A stretch of 64,000 nt of DNA from Lingula anatina (taxonomy: Eukaryota > Animalia > Brachiopoda), in NCBI GenBank assembly GCA_051362555.1, contig CM120646.1, positions 19,158,001 through 19,222,000 on the forward strand, in the 5' to 3' direction. The position numbers were made by a program, and so were the translations under genes. Shown here piece after piece: positions 14,110-27,839 of the stretch. Under the pieces are notes generated by a model. That model was not told the origin of the DNA, ran no database searches, and was given only the letters and a program-made list of their open reading frames with translations. Each line of letters begins with the position of its first letter. The stretch's first letter is position 1.

Positions 14110-17100
14110 TTACATTTTCACAATGTCAATAAAATATTGCACAAAATCTCCACTATGATTCTCTGGGGCTGATGCCACTGCTTTCTCGTACTTCAAAAAG
14201 AACTTATCCACAATTGCGGCCTTTTCCTCCTCTGAGCGAGAGCTATCCAGGCCTGAGAGGAAGGATGAGTTGCTCCAGACGCGGAGGGATTGGATATACC
14301 GCTTGGCATGATTGGCTGCTGCCTCTTGGCCACCTGGAACTGACAACGTCATTTCATCAGTCCATTTGCTTTTTGCTTTGCAGACTCCCATTGATTACGT
14401 TGAGCAAATTAATAATTTACAAACATCTTTTTCACAAAAGATATAGGGTAGCTATTTTGGTCATGGCCCTCTTTGACCCAGATAAATCAGTGATATAGTA
14501 TTATTATGACTCCAGTTTACTGAATAATGGTTAATAAGATAAGTAAATAACTCGCGCTTTCGTCAATAACAACGATAAAGTTTTAAGTTTTAAGTTTTTC
14601 AAGATGCGTCATTATCCGTTAATTGGAACGCCTTTAAGAATTACTACACATTATCTCCCTGTAAATGTTAACGTATCAATTTGATAGAGGTACGAGGACA
14701 AACATTTGGCAGCTTACCACATTTAAGGCCAAAGATCGGCAAAATACATTCAATTCTCTTATGGCAGTGTAACAACTAGCAGTGTTTAAACTAAGTAAAT
14801 GGATTGGATCGAGTGCAACTGTGGAATGATAATATGTAGAAAAGAACATGCACAAACAAACCCTTCTTTCCGCTCCTTGTCCATTCCTCATGGAATGGAC
14901 AACGCACCACTTTTGATTCGATGGACAACACTCTTAGCCCACATTTGGACACAGCAGAGTTCGAGTCATAAAACGGTGCGTTGCATTCTTCTATTGTTCG
15001 AAAATAGACGTTGAAGCTTGTGCTGTCAAATTCTTCCTGAAAGTATTGATCGAAATTGTAACTGGACAGATTGTTATACTGTTTCTAAATTACCAAATCG
15101 TTAGGCAAAGACAGACATGTATAATAAATCATTTTAGACGTTCAGCTGTAATCTCCTAGAAAACCTCACACACATCGTTACACAGATATAGCTCTCTCAA
15201 AATCGCTTTAGCTGTCACTCTTTCTCTCTCCCTCTCTCAAAATGGTTTATTGATTTCTTATTGCAATACAGTCTCTCTGTGTTTTTGGATTGCGATAACA
15301 CAGGCCTTAACGGCTCTCAACACCCCTTACCAGTAATTTTTGCACTTTTGTTCTCTTTCCTGAGATGCCATATATTTCCGGTACTTGTTTAAGTTATTTC
15401 CTCCTACCCGTGCGATATTTCCCTCAGTGACTATCTCCTTCCAGTACTTGTTAAAGTTATGTTCCCCCACCTGTGTGATCTCTCCCTCATTGGCCATCTT
15501 CCAGTAGTTGTTAAATTTACCTGTACGTTCCCTTACCTGTGTGATCTCTTCCTCTGTAACCATCTCCTTCCAGTACTTGGTAAAGCTGTGGAACACGCTC
15601 TCCGTGATATTTTTTGTGGCGCCTGGATATTGTCCTTCTTTGTCTAAACATTGAACTATGATCGCAGCCCTTCCCCCTTAACGTCAAGAAATACGAAGAA
15701 AATGAGTCTATGAATTATTCAATACAACAGGTTGATGATAAAACTAAGCAAATCACAAATCCATATAACAAACACAAAAAATGAATATATGGGTCTTACC
15801 AAGGAAAATAAAAATCGTTTTCAGATAGTCACACTTTACAAACCCAGCAGGCATAGTCGCGTTGGATCAACGTTGAAAACATTGATACAATGTTGTTATC
15901 TGACGTTGAGTCAACTTTCAAATCCAATGTTTATCCAACGTATTATCAACGTTATGGTTCAACGTTGTTTCAACGTTAAAACAACATAATTTGCCCGCTG
16001 GGAAAGTTATTGCATGCCTATTTGAATGTATATATAAATGATCAAATAAAGGAAACTAAGACGATATTGTGAAAAAAGCAGCATATGTGTTACGCGATTT
16101 AACAGATTTTATTACAAGAAGTTGAAATGCAAAATTAAAATCTATTCAAAACCCCGAGAGCAACTAGTAAGATTGACGTGAGAGTTTTTTTTAATTCTGG
16201 TGGTCATCAATGATTTGTGAGCTCTGATGATTTTTGTACAGAGTAGTCTCTTTATCTTTAATTAAATGTTATTAGAATAAAAGCATATAATACTGTACTG
16301 TATATCTGATACCCATGTACATATACCTGATCTCAACTCTCTAGCTCTAGCCAGGAGTATGGTCTCCCAGTCTTTGGCCGCCTGGGCTTGGAACAGAGCT
16401 TTCTCCGTAGGATCTGTGATATCAACATGTACCAGAGCTCCGGTGATTCTGCTTGGTCTGTAAATATTTTGTGCATGGTTTTACACGCTTTGTTAATACC
16501 ATTTCTTTGACACAGCCGAACAAAAGACAGTGTTTCACAAATCATTTTATCAAATTCGCCCCCATTATTTTCTCTCAAGAAACATACATACATACATACA
16601 TACATAACAAAGATAGATAGACAGAAAGATAGTTTGAAAAAATACTTTTAAATTTCAATAATAACGCACACAAAAGAGAAAACTTCCAAAAGGTAAGATA
16701 GCTGTCAGTTTGACCGGCTTAAATGTCTGTCCCGCCTACTAAAAGCTGTAAGGGTGTAATTAACTTTTGTGTGCGCTCGGCTCCCGGAAGCTGACAGAAA
16801 TTAAGCGTGAACCCCCAGGGAGTTAGGTGGATCCAGATGGATCGATCTAAATCTGTGGGGAAACCAGTCTAAGAAATTATTCCAAATCCCTGGAAGCATT
16901 ACTTATTTCAATTTTTGAGATATTAAAAATAGTTACTGTACCTAGTAGACAACCAGTGCATGGCAGTGAAAGACATTCCAAAGTGCAGGCTACCAGGAGG
17001 CAAACACTGGGAGTAGAAACTGGTACCACTGGCCAACACATACACATTGTCAAACTCCTGCATGAAGGAAGTGGGTGCATGGCTCAGGAAACCTTATAAA

Positions 17101-17568
17101 AAAACAAAATACCAGCCTTACTCTGGCATTTTAAGTGCACACACAAATTTCTTTATGGTCATACGTTAAGTTGCCATCGATTTCTATTGCTAAGCATCAT
17201 GGGTCTACATGCTGACGTCATTAATAATTGCACGTCGATAATAGATTGACAGACCTCTTGTTCCAACGTACTCGTTTTCTACCCAGAGGTGTATAGAGCT
17301 TATCTGATTGCATTAACGCGTAGTTACTTCAAACTACCTAGTATGATACATGTAGTTTTATTGTGAATGCTGTCTTACTGCCTACCATGTGTTCTTAAAA
17401 ACAGTGACTTGAAGTCATTGACTGGCTGGTCCTCATACACCACTTGCACTGGTAAGTCTTTGCCATATTTTTTACGCAAAAGTGCTGAAAAAATTGTAAG
17501 AAGAACTTCTAAACATATTTTTTTATTTGACGTTAATCAGAATTCGTCCAGTTGTGCCTGGTATGCAG

Positions 17569-17608
<40 letters not shown>

Positions 17609-19583
17609 GCTTTTTATATGGCGCCTTACATTCTACCTCAAGGCGCCTTACAATAATGAATAATAAAATCAAATCATTAAAATGACTTCAATATTTAAAT
17701 CTAAAATACTCATTGGAAACCATTTAAAATTAACACTACTAAAAAAACTAATCTTATTAAAATATATAAAAAATCTAAGAGACATAGACAGATCTAAAAT
17801 GTGGGTCTTTAAAAGGGATTTAAAATTGTCAAAGTCTTATGCTTTTCTAATAAAATTTGATAAGGCATTCCACAGCCTGGGGGCGTAGATTTTAAAAGCC
17901 CGATCGCCATAACTTTTGAGCCACCCCTTCTCTAAAACAGAATATTCTAAAATAAGGTCATTCTCAGTATTGAGACGTGTGGACCGCCGTGGTGAGTTAA
18001 AACAGATAAGATCAGATAAATTTTAAGGTCCTTGTGTATGGATCGCCTTAAAAATAATGCAAAGTACTTTAAAATCAATCCTCTGCTTCACAGGCAGCCA
18101 GTGTAATCCTTTCAGAATGGGAGTGACATGGTGTGTACTTTATTTGTACTTTATTTGCACTTTATTTGGCAAACCAGTCTTGCAGCTGAGTTTTGAATAA
18201 CTTGTATTTTTTTTAATCTGGTAGTCACTTATACCAAAAAGGAGACTATTGCAGTAATCTAATCTTGATGACATAAATGCATGTACTAATTTTTCAGTGG
18301 TTTTGTTAATTAACACTTTCCTTCTTTTTCCAATGCGCCATAGTGCATAAGATGGTAATTTACACACTTCAGATACACGCTTCCCCATAGTGCCATTTTC
18401 ATCGAGGGTAACTCCCAGATCTTTCAGATAACATGTAATGTTGCAAAAAAAAAAAAAAAAAAAAAAAAAAATGCAAGCTTTGGCTATTTTATTAGCATTA
18501 TTGACATAAACGCGTTCTACCAGACAAGGAACGGGAAATCAACAGAAAGATGACACAGTAGAAGTATGGCCAGAATTTTCAGAATCCATACATTGTGTTT
18601 CACGTTATGCTTTTGTTGCAGGGTTCCGCGAAGCCAAAGAGCATTTAAATCACTTCCTCATCCACATGTACTCAGTTCATATCTGATTCAGTGTTTCTGG
18701 AATATTTGTGTATTTTTGGATTTGTGAAGTGGCACTTACACGATTCCAAAAAGTAAAATGAACTGTGGTATCTCTTTATCTATTCCAAAGCTGAAAATAG
18801 GTCAGATTGAGGACCAACATAGTTCTATATGACTGTTAAATCCTGAATGTCCAAAGGCGGCCATCGGATAATATTTGTATATTTTTTAATATGACTTAGA
18901 ATCCAACTAGGGTAAATCAAACCAACTAAATAAATGAGTTTTTATGTCAAAACTGTATTTGAAAAGTTATATAATTTAAAATTTCATGCATTTTTTCATT
19001 GTTTTCATAATATTGATGATAATCCATTCGTATGAGATTCAGAATTACAGCATAGATACGAGTAAGACAATTTACCGATCATTTTCTTTAAAAGAAACAT
19101 GGATGTCCCGCCATCTGCAGTTCCAAAGTCTGCAATAATAAATGGAGCGTCCAAATCTTTCACAGGAACTTTATCTAAAAATAAACAGTGAAAATATATT
19201 GATTATGTTATATGTTGAAATGAATACATAGAAAACTGATACAAATAATCGAACATTTAGGGGGCATAACATAACATGTTTTCATTCATACATATGTTTG
19301 ATGCCATAAAGCCACAGATTTGGTAGCAATAAGATCGGAAATGTGGTCCACAGATTCGACCACAGAGTCTAACAGTCCATCTTTACAGAGCAATGCACTT
19401 TGCATATTATATAAGTTGCTGTATATATATATCATTATAATAAAATATCTTACCCAGAGCATTGAGGACCATAGGAGTGGCTGCGTCGATAACATTAAAA
19501 CATCCTATATTATTGTCACTGTAGAAGCCAGAGCCTTCCTTGCCGTAGGGAATGTGGCTATGGGGCAACTGAGCGTCTCCCAT
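14110..19583 (-). CDS. SABATH-like SAM-dependent methyltransferase, paralog MT-3 (8 coding exons, ~382 aa)
   Basis: Exons 19583-19454, 19174-19076, 17484-17386, 17092-16942, 16457-16327, 15676-15537, 15036-14862, 14333-14110. Sizes are identical to MT-2 and MT-4, the frame is open, and introns are GT-AG (the exon 7 donor is GTTTGT). Confidence 0.9.
15350..15590 (-). repeat. Exon 6 end plus donor echoes (MT-3)
   Basis: Repeated KYWKEMVTEGEITQ-V-like units; potential donors at 15537, 15471 and 15408. The reading frame stays open to 15327. Confidence 0.8.
15843..16002. mobile_element. MITE with CCCAGC...GCTGGG termini and internal CAACGTTG palindromes
   Basis: TIR CCCAGCAGGCA / TGCCCGCTGGG, flanked by AA. 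The empty site is visible in paralog MT-4 (ACACTTTACAAATATTGCATGCC at ~24163-24185). Confidence 0.85.
16706..16871. mobile_element. Deleted copy of the palindromic MITE found at 27288-27569
   Basis: Shares AATGTCTGTC.CGCCTAC..AAGCTG..AGGG..AATTAAC and the GATCGATC...GGGAA.CCAGTCT end. Confidence 0.6.
17571..18425 (-). mobile_element. 5'-truncated L2/CR1-clade LINE (RT C-terminus plus (TTA)n tail)
   Basis: Minus-strand peptides LVHAFMSSRLDYCNSLLFG and HVTPILKGLHWLPVKQRIDFK, typical of the L2/CR1 RT C-terminus. Microsatellite tail at 17571-17608; possible TSD CAGATAA. Absent from the homologous MT-4 intron (~25815). Confidence 0.9.
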
Positions 19584-20089
19584 GACTGCAGTGTAAGAAT
19601 TTTCTGTTCTTACTGAAATCGCAAACTGATATCGTTTACGAACCTATGTTCTTAATATGCCTCCCTGAAATTGTCAGCACACGACAGTGGTTCCAGTCAA
19701 TGACAGTTCTTAGGATAAATGAATCCCTGAACATATACCAAAAGGTCGTTAAGTAGCTAGAGATCCCTTAATTTAGGTCCTACTGGGCCCCTCGGGTGAC
19801 CAAGGTTCATGGGTATCATATGAAAGCTAGTTCATTAAGTTAGAAATATATTTCTTTGTTGTATTTCTATGTGGTATCTGTGCTATTTTGAATCAAAATA
19901 GCGGCATTTTTATTATATGTGTGATTTATATGGGTAAACTATCTGAAAAAATCAGGTGATCAAGACCTAGATTCAACAGAAATCTATTTTCCTCTTTTTT
20001 ATTATCTAAACAGTAAATTGGATAAAAGATGTAAGCATATCCAATTATTAACGAAGCTCATTTCTCGCCCCTGCCTCGTAAAAACGGGG

Positions 20090-20246
20090 AGGGGGATGGA
20101 TGTGTCTATAACATCAAGGCATCCACTAGTTTTGTCACTGAAGAAGCTACCGCCTTCTTCGAAGTACATGTACCCAGTAGGGTATTTGGTTGCAGGGCAC
20201 CTGAACTTCTGCCATGTCTGCGGTGCCTCTATTTTCTTTTCTTACT
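20090..20246 (-). pseudogene. Degenerate duplicate of methyltransferase coding exon 1 upstream of MT-3
   Basis: MAEVQVPCNQIPY, then a frameshifting insertion, then EEGGSFFSDKTSGCLDVID. The acceptor context (CTTACTGAAATC) is conserved but no homologous donor is present. Confidence 0.8.
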
Positions 20247-21324
20247 GAAATCAAACACTGATAGCATTAAGCTAAATGAACCTACATGTATCTTCTCAAT
20301 ATGCCGCCCTAAACGAGTTGACCATTGGGCATACATTCTGTAATCACAGCGACGCTTTAGCCTCTTTTCAGCCACCATTATCCTCCACATGTTTTTGAAC
20401 CTCCAACGGAGACACAAAGATCGCTTTCTTGTGTAAAGGAAGTTAGACGTCCCCCAGTTCTGTATGCATATACATCAATGTACATTTCAAAAGCGTTTCA
20501 TAACACGCGTGTAATACATTCTACCCTATATGTATCACACATTAAACTAGAAAGCTCTCCAAGAGCGCAGACTTGATTTTCACAATTTAGGCAAAATGTA
20601 AACAAGAAAGAAATATAGTGAATTGGTTTGCTATAAGGCGAAATAACCCCTCCCAATCATAATGACCAAAAGCATTATCTTCATTGCAGCACCACCTTAT
20701 TACGAAAATTACCAAAATGATAAGTTATTTAATTACTTGCTAAACACCTAGCTACCACCTACCTAGTTCCATTAGGCTGTTTTGAAAGGTGAAAGGAAGC
20801 TGTCAGCACTCCGTGGCGTCGAACAAGACAGGAAAGCATGCGAGAATCAGCGAAAAATGGGACTAACCTGACACAGCGTGAAACTACAATCAGGGAATGT
20901 CGTCCTTGAAATACAAAAGTAACTCCCCAAAACATTGTGAATACTGTTGTGCAAGAGAATAATTGGACAGAACTTGTAGAAAATAACGGCGGAAATTATC
21001 AGTTTTTATTCGTTGCCCCACTCGCTCGTCTACCATACTTTCTGACCCCACTCACAACAAAATCTCTCTCTCCCGAGACTGGGTTTTCATGGATGATTCA
21101 TACTGACATCACTTCATTTTGACCTAGTTAGCACTTTTGTGTGTGATTTGATGGAAGCGGGTAGATAAACTAAATAAAAATATCAGATGACCCAATTAAT
21201 TCAACTGAAATCACAATTGCTAATGTAGTGCCTATGTTCACGATTGCGCACGTTGTATCACATTACAACCACTTTAATATGTGCTAAACGAGACCTGCAT
21301 ATTCTTGTACCTTATATTATAGTG

Positions 21325-21620
21325 TAAGAGTAGGAAATAGCTTTGTAGATATATTATTATCTCCAGATGATGTGGCATTTATTGCTCCTACCGAGGAAAA
21401 CTTGCAAGTTATGCTTGATAAGCTAAGTGAGTGGTCTTATAAATGGAGTTTATTTGTTAACCAAAAGAGAAAAAAAATCGTACATTTCAGAAAACCAGGG
21501 GTTGAAATGAGTAACTTTCAATTTAACTGCGGTGGAGTGCCACTTGACTATGAAAAGTCTTATAAATATCTTGGAGTTACCTTAGCAGATACACTTAATT
21601 ATAGTGCAAATGCATATTAA
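21325..21620 (+). mobile_element. LINE reverse-transcriptase fragment
   Basis: DILLSPDDVAFIAPTEENLQVMLDKLSEWSYKWSLFVN...YKYLGVTL matches RT motifs 5-7, with YADD degenerated to SPDD. Confidence 0.85.
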
Positions 21621-21654
21621 GGAATTTTTTGAGTCCTTGGAACTTTATGAAAAA

Positions 21655-21785
21655 AAACATCAACAGTGCCAAGAGTGGAAACAGCAGGTGCCGTTTATTG
21701 AAGATTGATATGTCCCCGGATAGGTTTGAACCCACATCCTCCCGCTCCGGAGGCGGACACTCTAACGACAAGGCCATCTGCATAT
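21655..21785 (-). mobile_element. tRNA-derived SINE head (5' fragment)
   Basis: Reverse complement GATGGCCTTGTCGTTAGAGTGTCCGCCTCCGGAGCGGGAGGATGTGGGTTCAAACC contains A-box- and B-box-like motifs. The acceptor stem does not pair and non-tRNA body sequence follows. Confidence 0.65.
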
Positions 21786-21824
21786 GGTGTTGACACGTAT
21801 GGTAAATATGGTAATAAACAGCAT

Positions 21825-21827
<3 letters not shown>

Positions 21828-21880
<53 letters not shown>
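21828..21880. repeat. (TA)n microsatellite
   Basis: Uninterrupted TA run. Confidence 0.95.
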
Positions 21881-21882
<2 letters not shown>

Positions 21883-22231
21883 AATGAGTGAGCATACCTC
21901 CCCAGTGACATGCATTGGCGGGTCAAACCTACAACCTGGAAACAAAACCTGCTAACCTGTATACCAACATATCACATAAAGGGTGTGGGCAACTGAAAGC
22001 CCGGGCCAGTAATAAGTGCACGAGTTCTGCATGCAGAAACACACAGAAAAACACTTGTTCATGCATAAAACCAACTATGGCCAATAAAGTAATGTTTATA
22101 TTGACAAAGGATGATGCAAACTGTTCAATCCACGCCGTCTGCCCACTGCCATCACAAGTACTGAAACAAGGCTTACTGTCCAGCGAGCGAAAAGAGTCGG
22201 TGAAAGGGGTCAGCCAGACACTGGCTCCCGG

Positions 22232-22370
22232 TAATCTGACTTAGAGTCAGATTTATTTTAGAGTCAGATTGACTCCATGAGAGCCAGGGGGTGATTGACT
22301 CTTATAAGAGAGTCTAAAGACTCGGGTAGTGGGGTAATTTGACCCTTATATAGGAGTCAAATTAACTCCA
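22232..22370. repeat. Cluster of GAGTC-N4/5-GACTC palindromic motifs (probable MITE interior)
   Basis: GAGTCAGATTGACTC, GAGTCTAAAGACTC and GAGTCAAATTAACTC repeated. Confidence 0.5.
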
Positions 22371-22634
22371 TGGTGGTCAAGGGGTGTTGATGGTCAGTGC
22401 ATTGAAGTCCTCAACAGAGAAACACTTGCACTTAGCGAAGAATACATGCCTTTATGTGATAATGCTGACTTTGTAGCATGTGGCCGTGTCTTTTCGATAT
22501 CTTGAGCAGGCCATGCAATAAAGAATAGCTCTTGTCAAAAAGAAGTCTAGTCTCTTCAAACATAAGTTCATTTTTACCATCCTTATACAGGAGGCAATGA
22601 AAAACATATTTCAGCAAAAGAATAGTTGAAGATT

Positions 22635-25600
22635 TTACATTTTTACAATGTCGATGAAAGCTTGAACATAATCTGCACTATGATTCTCTGGCCCTGACGC
22701 CACTGCTTTTTCGTACTCCAAAAAGAACTTATCCACAATGGCGGCCTTTTCCTCCTCTGAGCGAGAGCTATCCAGGCCTGAGAGGAAGGATGAGTTGCTC
22801 CAGGCGCGGAGGGATTGGATATACCGCTTGGCATGATTGGCTGCTGCCTCTTGGCCACCTAGAATTGACAATGTCATTTTATCAATCCATTTGCTCTCAT
22901 TGCTTACCTTAAGCAAATTAATTATAATTCACAAACATCTTTTTCACAGAAGATATTAGGTAGCTTTTTTGGCCATGATCCACTTTGACCCAGATAAATC
23001 AGTGGTATCGTATTATAATGAGGCAACTGTACTCCAGTTCACTAAATAATAGTAATAATAGTTAATAAGATAAATAAATAACTCGCGCCTACGTCAATAA
23101 CAATGATTTAGTCTTGACATCGCTTCAAGATGCGTCATCATCCGTTAATTGAAACGCCATTAAGGATATTAATATTTTATTAAAATACACATCCTCTCCC
23201 TGTATGTGAACGTATTATTTTGATACAGGCATGAGGACACGTGAAGCATTTGGCAGCGTACCATATTGATGGGCGAAGATCAGCAAAATACATTCAATTT
23301 TTATATGACAGTGTGACAACTAGCAGTATTTAAACTAAGTAAATGGATTAGGTCGAGTGGAACTGTGGAATGATAATATATAGAAAAGAACATGCACAAA
23401 CAAACCCTTCTTTCCACTCCTTGTCCATTCCTCATGGAATGGACAACGCACCACTTTTGATTCAATGGACAGCACTTTTAACCCACATTTGGACACAGCA
23501 GAGTTCGCGTCATAAAAGGGTGCGCTGCATTCTTCTAGTGTTCGAATATAGACGTTGATGCTTGTGTTGTCAAATTCTTCCTGAAAGTATTGATCGCAAT
23601 TGTAATTGGACAGACAGTTATACTTTTTCTAAATAGCCAAATCCTTAGGCAATGACAGAAATGTATAATTAATCATTTTAGATGTTCGACTTCTCTGTGT
23701 TTTTGGATCGCGATAACACAGGTTCGAACGAATCTCAACATCCCTAACCAGTACTTTTTGAACTTTTGTTCTCTTTCATGTATTTCCGGTACTTGTTTAA
23801 GTTATGTTCCTCTACCTGTGCGATCTCTCCCTCAGTGACCATCTCCTTCCAGTACTTGTTAAAGTAATGTTCCCTTACCTGTGTGATCTCTCCCTCTGTG
23901 ACCATCTCCTTCCAGTATTTGGTAAGACTGTGGAACATGGTCTGCTTGATATTTTTTGTGGCACCTGGATATTGTCCTTCTTTGTCTAAACATGGAACTA
24001 TGATCACAGCTCTGCCCCCTGAATACCAAGAAATACAAAGAAATTAAATGAGTCTATGACGGTTAAACTAAGCTAATCACAAGATAATATAATAAAAACA
24101 AAACAACAAAAAAAAGAATATATGAGGTGTACCAGGGAAAACAAGAACCGCTTTCAGAAGTCACACTTTACAAATATTGCATGCCTATTTGAATGTATAA
24201 ATAAACGATTAAATAAGGCAAACCTAGACGAGTTTGTGAAATGCAGTATATGTGCCACACTACTGATCACACAAAAAGTACAAAAAGGAGAAATGCAGAT
24301 ACAAAAAGGAGAAATGCAGAAATAAAACCTATTCAAAACATCGAGAGCAACCAGTGAGATTAACGTACTTCTAAAAATTCTGGTCATCAATGTTTGTTTT
24401 GTGAGCTCTGGTGATTTTTGTACAGCGTAGTCTCTTTATCTTTAATAAAATGTTACTGAAATAAAAGCATATTATACTTTACTACATATCTGATACCCGT
24501 TTGTATATACCTGATCTCAACTCATTAGCTCTCGCCAGAAGAATGGCCTCCCAGTCTTTGGCCGCCTGGGCTTGGAACAGAGCTTTCTCCGTAGGATCTG
24601 TGATATCAAGATGTACCAGAGCTCCGGTGATTCTACACGGTCTGAAAATATTTTTGTGCATGATTCCACATATTTTGCTGGCACTAGTTCTAACCACTTG
24701 TTGGTATGTTCTCTGACAAAGCCGAACAAAAGGCCGTGTTTCACAAACCATTTTATCAAATTTTCCACCGTTATTTTCTCTCAAGGTACATACATACATA
24801 CTGGGCATACATACACACACATACACACACATACATACTGGAAGATAGAAGGTAGTTTGGAATAGTTTGAAAAGGTGGGAGACAAACATTTCTCAATTTC
24901 AATACTAAGACACAAAAGACAAATACTTTAATGATAATGAACAATAAATCAATAATTTTAAGAACTACAGCAGTTTTTGACACAGTGGTACTAGTGCAGT
25001 GTATATTAGGTTAATCCGAATTATTAAACATAACGTCGTTCCTTGAAGCGTTGTTTATTTAAATTATTAAGATATTAAAAATAGTTAACGTACCTAGTAG
25101 ACAGCCAGTGCATGGCAGTGAAGGACATACCAAAGTGCAAGCTATCAGGAGGCAAACACTGGGAGTAGAAACTGGTACCACTGGCCAACACATACACATT
25201 GTTAAACTCCTGCATGTAGGATGTGGGTGCATGGCTCAGCAAACCTCGTAAAAAAAACATAATATCAGCCTTCCTCTGGCATTTAAAGTGCATCTTTATC
25301 TCACACACAAATCACTTTATGGCCATACGTTAAACTGCCATCGATTTCTATTGCTAAGGTAGCATGGAGCTACATGCTGCCGTCATTAATACTTGCATGT
25401 CGATAACAGATTGACAGACTTCTGGTTTCCAACGTACTCGTTACACCACCAGCTTTACTGTTTTCTACCCAGAGCCGGGACGAGGCGTGTAAGTCAAATC
25501 TGATTGCATTCGGCAATAGTTCCCGCGTAGTTAGTTCAAACTACCTAGTATGATATATGTAGTTTCATTGTGAATGTACTCTTACTGCCTACCATGTATT

Positions 25601-25730
25601 CTAAAAAACAGCGACTTGAAGTCATTGCAAGGCTGGTCCTCATACACCACTTGAAGGGGCAGTTCCTTGCCGTGCCTTTTACGCAAACGTTCTGAAACAA
25701 TGATAAGTAGAACTTCTTAAGAATAATGTT

Positions 25731-25766
<36 letters not shown>

Positions 25767-26957
25767 TATTTTATTTGATGTTGATCAGAATTGGTATGTA
25801 GTTGTACCTGGTATGTAGATATCAAATGCAAGTTTTGAATATTTTATTAGCATCATTGACATAAACGCGTTCTACCAGACAAAAACAGTGAAATCAACAG
25901 AAAGGTGGCACCATATAATTATAAATATGTCCAATATTTTTAGAATCTGTATTTTGACTTTCACAGTATGTTTTCGTTTTAGGGTTCCACGGAGCCAAAG
26001 AACATATAGCTCCCTCATGTACTCAGTTCATATCTGTAACTAAGAAGTAAAATAATTCAGTGTTTCTGGAATATTTGTGTAATTTTAGATTTGTGAAATA
26101 GCACTTACACAATTCCAAAGAGTAAAATGAACTGTGGTTTATCTTTATCTATTTTTAAACTGAAAGTAGGCCAGATCGAGGACCTATTATATGAATGTAA
26201 AATCTTGAATGTCCAATGACGACCAACGGATAATATTTATAATTTTTTGAAATATGACTTAAAATCCAATTATGATAAATCAAAGCAACTTTATACATGT
26301 TTCTATGTCAAAACTGTATTTGAAAAGTGATATAATTTAATATTTCTTGCATTTTTTCATAATAATAATAATAATAATTATTATAACCCGTGTGTAATCC
26401 ATCCGTACGAGATTCAGAATTACAGCAAATATACGAGTAAGACAATTTACCTATCATTTTGGTTATAAGAAAAATGGAGGTCCCACCGTCTGCAGTCCCA
26501 AAGTCAGCAATTATAAATGGAGCGTCCAAACTTTTCACTGGAACTTTATCTAAAAGTAAATAGTGGAAATATATGGATTATATCATATGTTGAAATTAAC
26601 ACATAGAAAATTGATACAAACAATCGAACATTTAGGGGGCATAAACATGCCATAACTTATTTTCCTTCATACAGATGTTTTATGTCATATAGCCACAGAT
26701 TTAGTAGCAATAAGATCGGATGCCGTGGTCCACAGATGAGAAAGAGTCTGACAGTCCATCTTTCCAGAGAAATGAACTTTGAGGATCATATGAGTGGTTG
26801 TATATATGATTTTTCAATATATCTTACCCAGGGCATCGAGGACCATAGGAGTGGCTGCGTCTATAACATTAAAACATCCACTGCTGTAGTCACTAAAGAA
26901 GCCGGAGCCCTCCTTGCCGTAGGGTATGTGACTGTGGGGCAACTGAATGTCTGCCAT
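22635..26957 (-). CDS. SABATH-like SAM-dependent methyltransferase, paralog MT-4 (8 coding exons, ~382 aa)
   Basis: Exons 26957-26828, 26549-26451, 25691-25593, 25244-25094 (weak GAG acceptor), 24641-24511, 24018-23879, 23580-23406, 22858-22635. Frame open; same motifs as the other copies. Confidence 0.88.
23775..23925 (-). repeat. 63-nt exon 6 end plus donor echoes (MT-4)
   Basis: Exon end at 23879, in-frame echo donor at 23816, partial third unit. Confidence 0.8.
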
Positions 26958-27287
26958 GACTGCAGTGTAAGAAATTTCTGTTCTTACTGAAATCACAAAC
27001 TGATATCGTTAACGAACCTATATTCTCAACATGCCGCCCTGAACGAGTCCACAGATTGTCAGCACACGACAGTGGTTCCAGTCAATGACAGTTTTTAGGA
27101 TAAATGAATTCCTGAACATATACCAATAGGTCGTTCGGTAGCTAAAGATCCCTAAATTAAGGTCGTACTGGGCCACATAGGTAAGCAAGGTTCATGGGTG
27201 TCATGTGAAAGTTAATTAAGTTAGAAATCAGTTTCTCTGTGGTATCAGTTTCGAATCAGAAACTTTCGTTGTGTAAATGGTCAACTT

Positions 27288-27569
27288 AGGGACCATTCCC
27301 AGTGCCTATCGTACTAACTTTGGATCGATCTTTCTCCAAGGGGATTCGCACTAAATTGCTTTCAGCTTAAGCGGCTTTAATGTCTGTCACGCCTACATAA
27401 GCTGTTAGGGGGCAATTAACTACCGGAGGCCGCACGAAAGTTGATTACCCAGGCAGATTCGGTAGGCATGACAGACATTTAAGTCGCTTGAGTTGATGAC
27501 AATTTAGCGTGAAGCCCATGGAGCTTGATCGATCCTGTTGGATCGAGCTAGGCATGGGAACCCAGTCTT
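27288..27569. mobile_element. Palindromic MITE
   Basis: Arms TTCCCAGTGCCTA...GGATCGATC...TTAATGTCTGTCACGCCTAC versus GTAGGCATGACAGACATTTAA...GATCGATCC...TAGGCATGGGAA. Absent from the homologous MT-1 upstream region (~750). Confidence 0.7.
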
Positions 27570-27670
27570 ACAATTGACTTTGCTGATTTTTATCGAATTC
27601 TGTTAACAGTGCTGATCGAGTGCCTGCAAACGATTGCATAACGCGCGTGTTATACGTGGTAAAGGCTGTT

Positions 27671-27839
27671 CAGGCCCGTAGCCAGCAATCTCAGAGGGGA
27701 GGGTTCGTTTTCTGAAAAAGTGGACCTTTTAACGTAAAATCCTCAAGTACATAGATCAAATTTTACCCAGAGTGGACCTTTTCCCAGCAAAAAGGGTGGT
27801 TCTTTCGAACCCCCCGAAACCCCCCTGGCTACGGGCCTG
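27671..27839. mobile_element. hAT-like MITE with 5-bp TSD
   Basis: TIR CAGGCCCGTAGCCAG / CTGGCTACGGGCCTG; CTGTT directly on both sides. Confidence 0.9.

Noticed and set aside
21715-21785. tRNA-Arg(CCG)-like gene
   Set aside because: The acceptor stem does not pair and the sequence continues into a SINE-like body, so it is treated as a SINE head.
21595-21945. ORFs with IYIYIY or similar dipeptide runs (also 25545-25760 and 57580-58047)
   Set aside because: Artefacts of (TA)n and (CA)n microsatellites.
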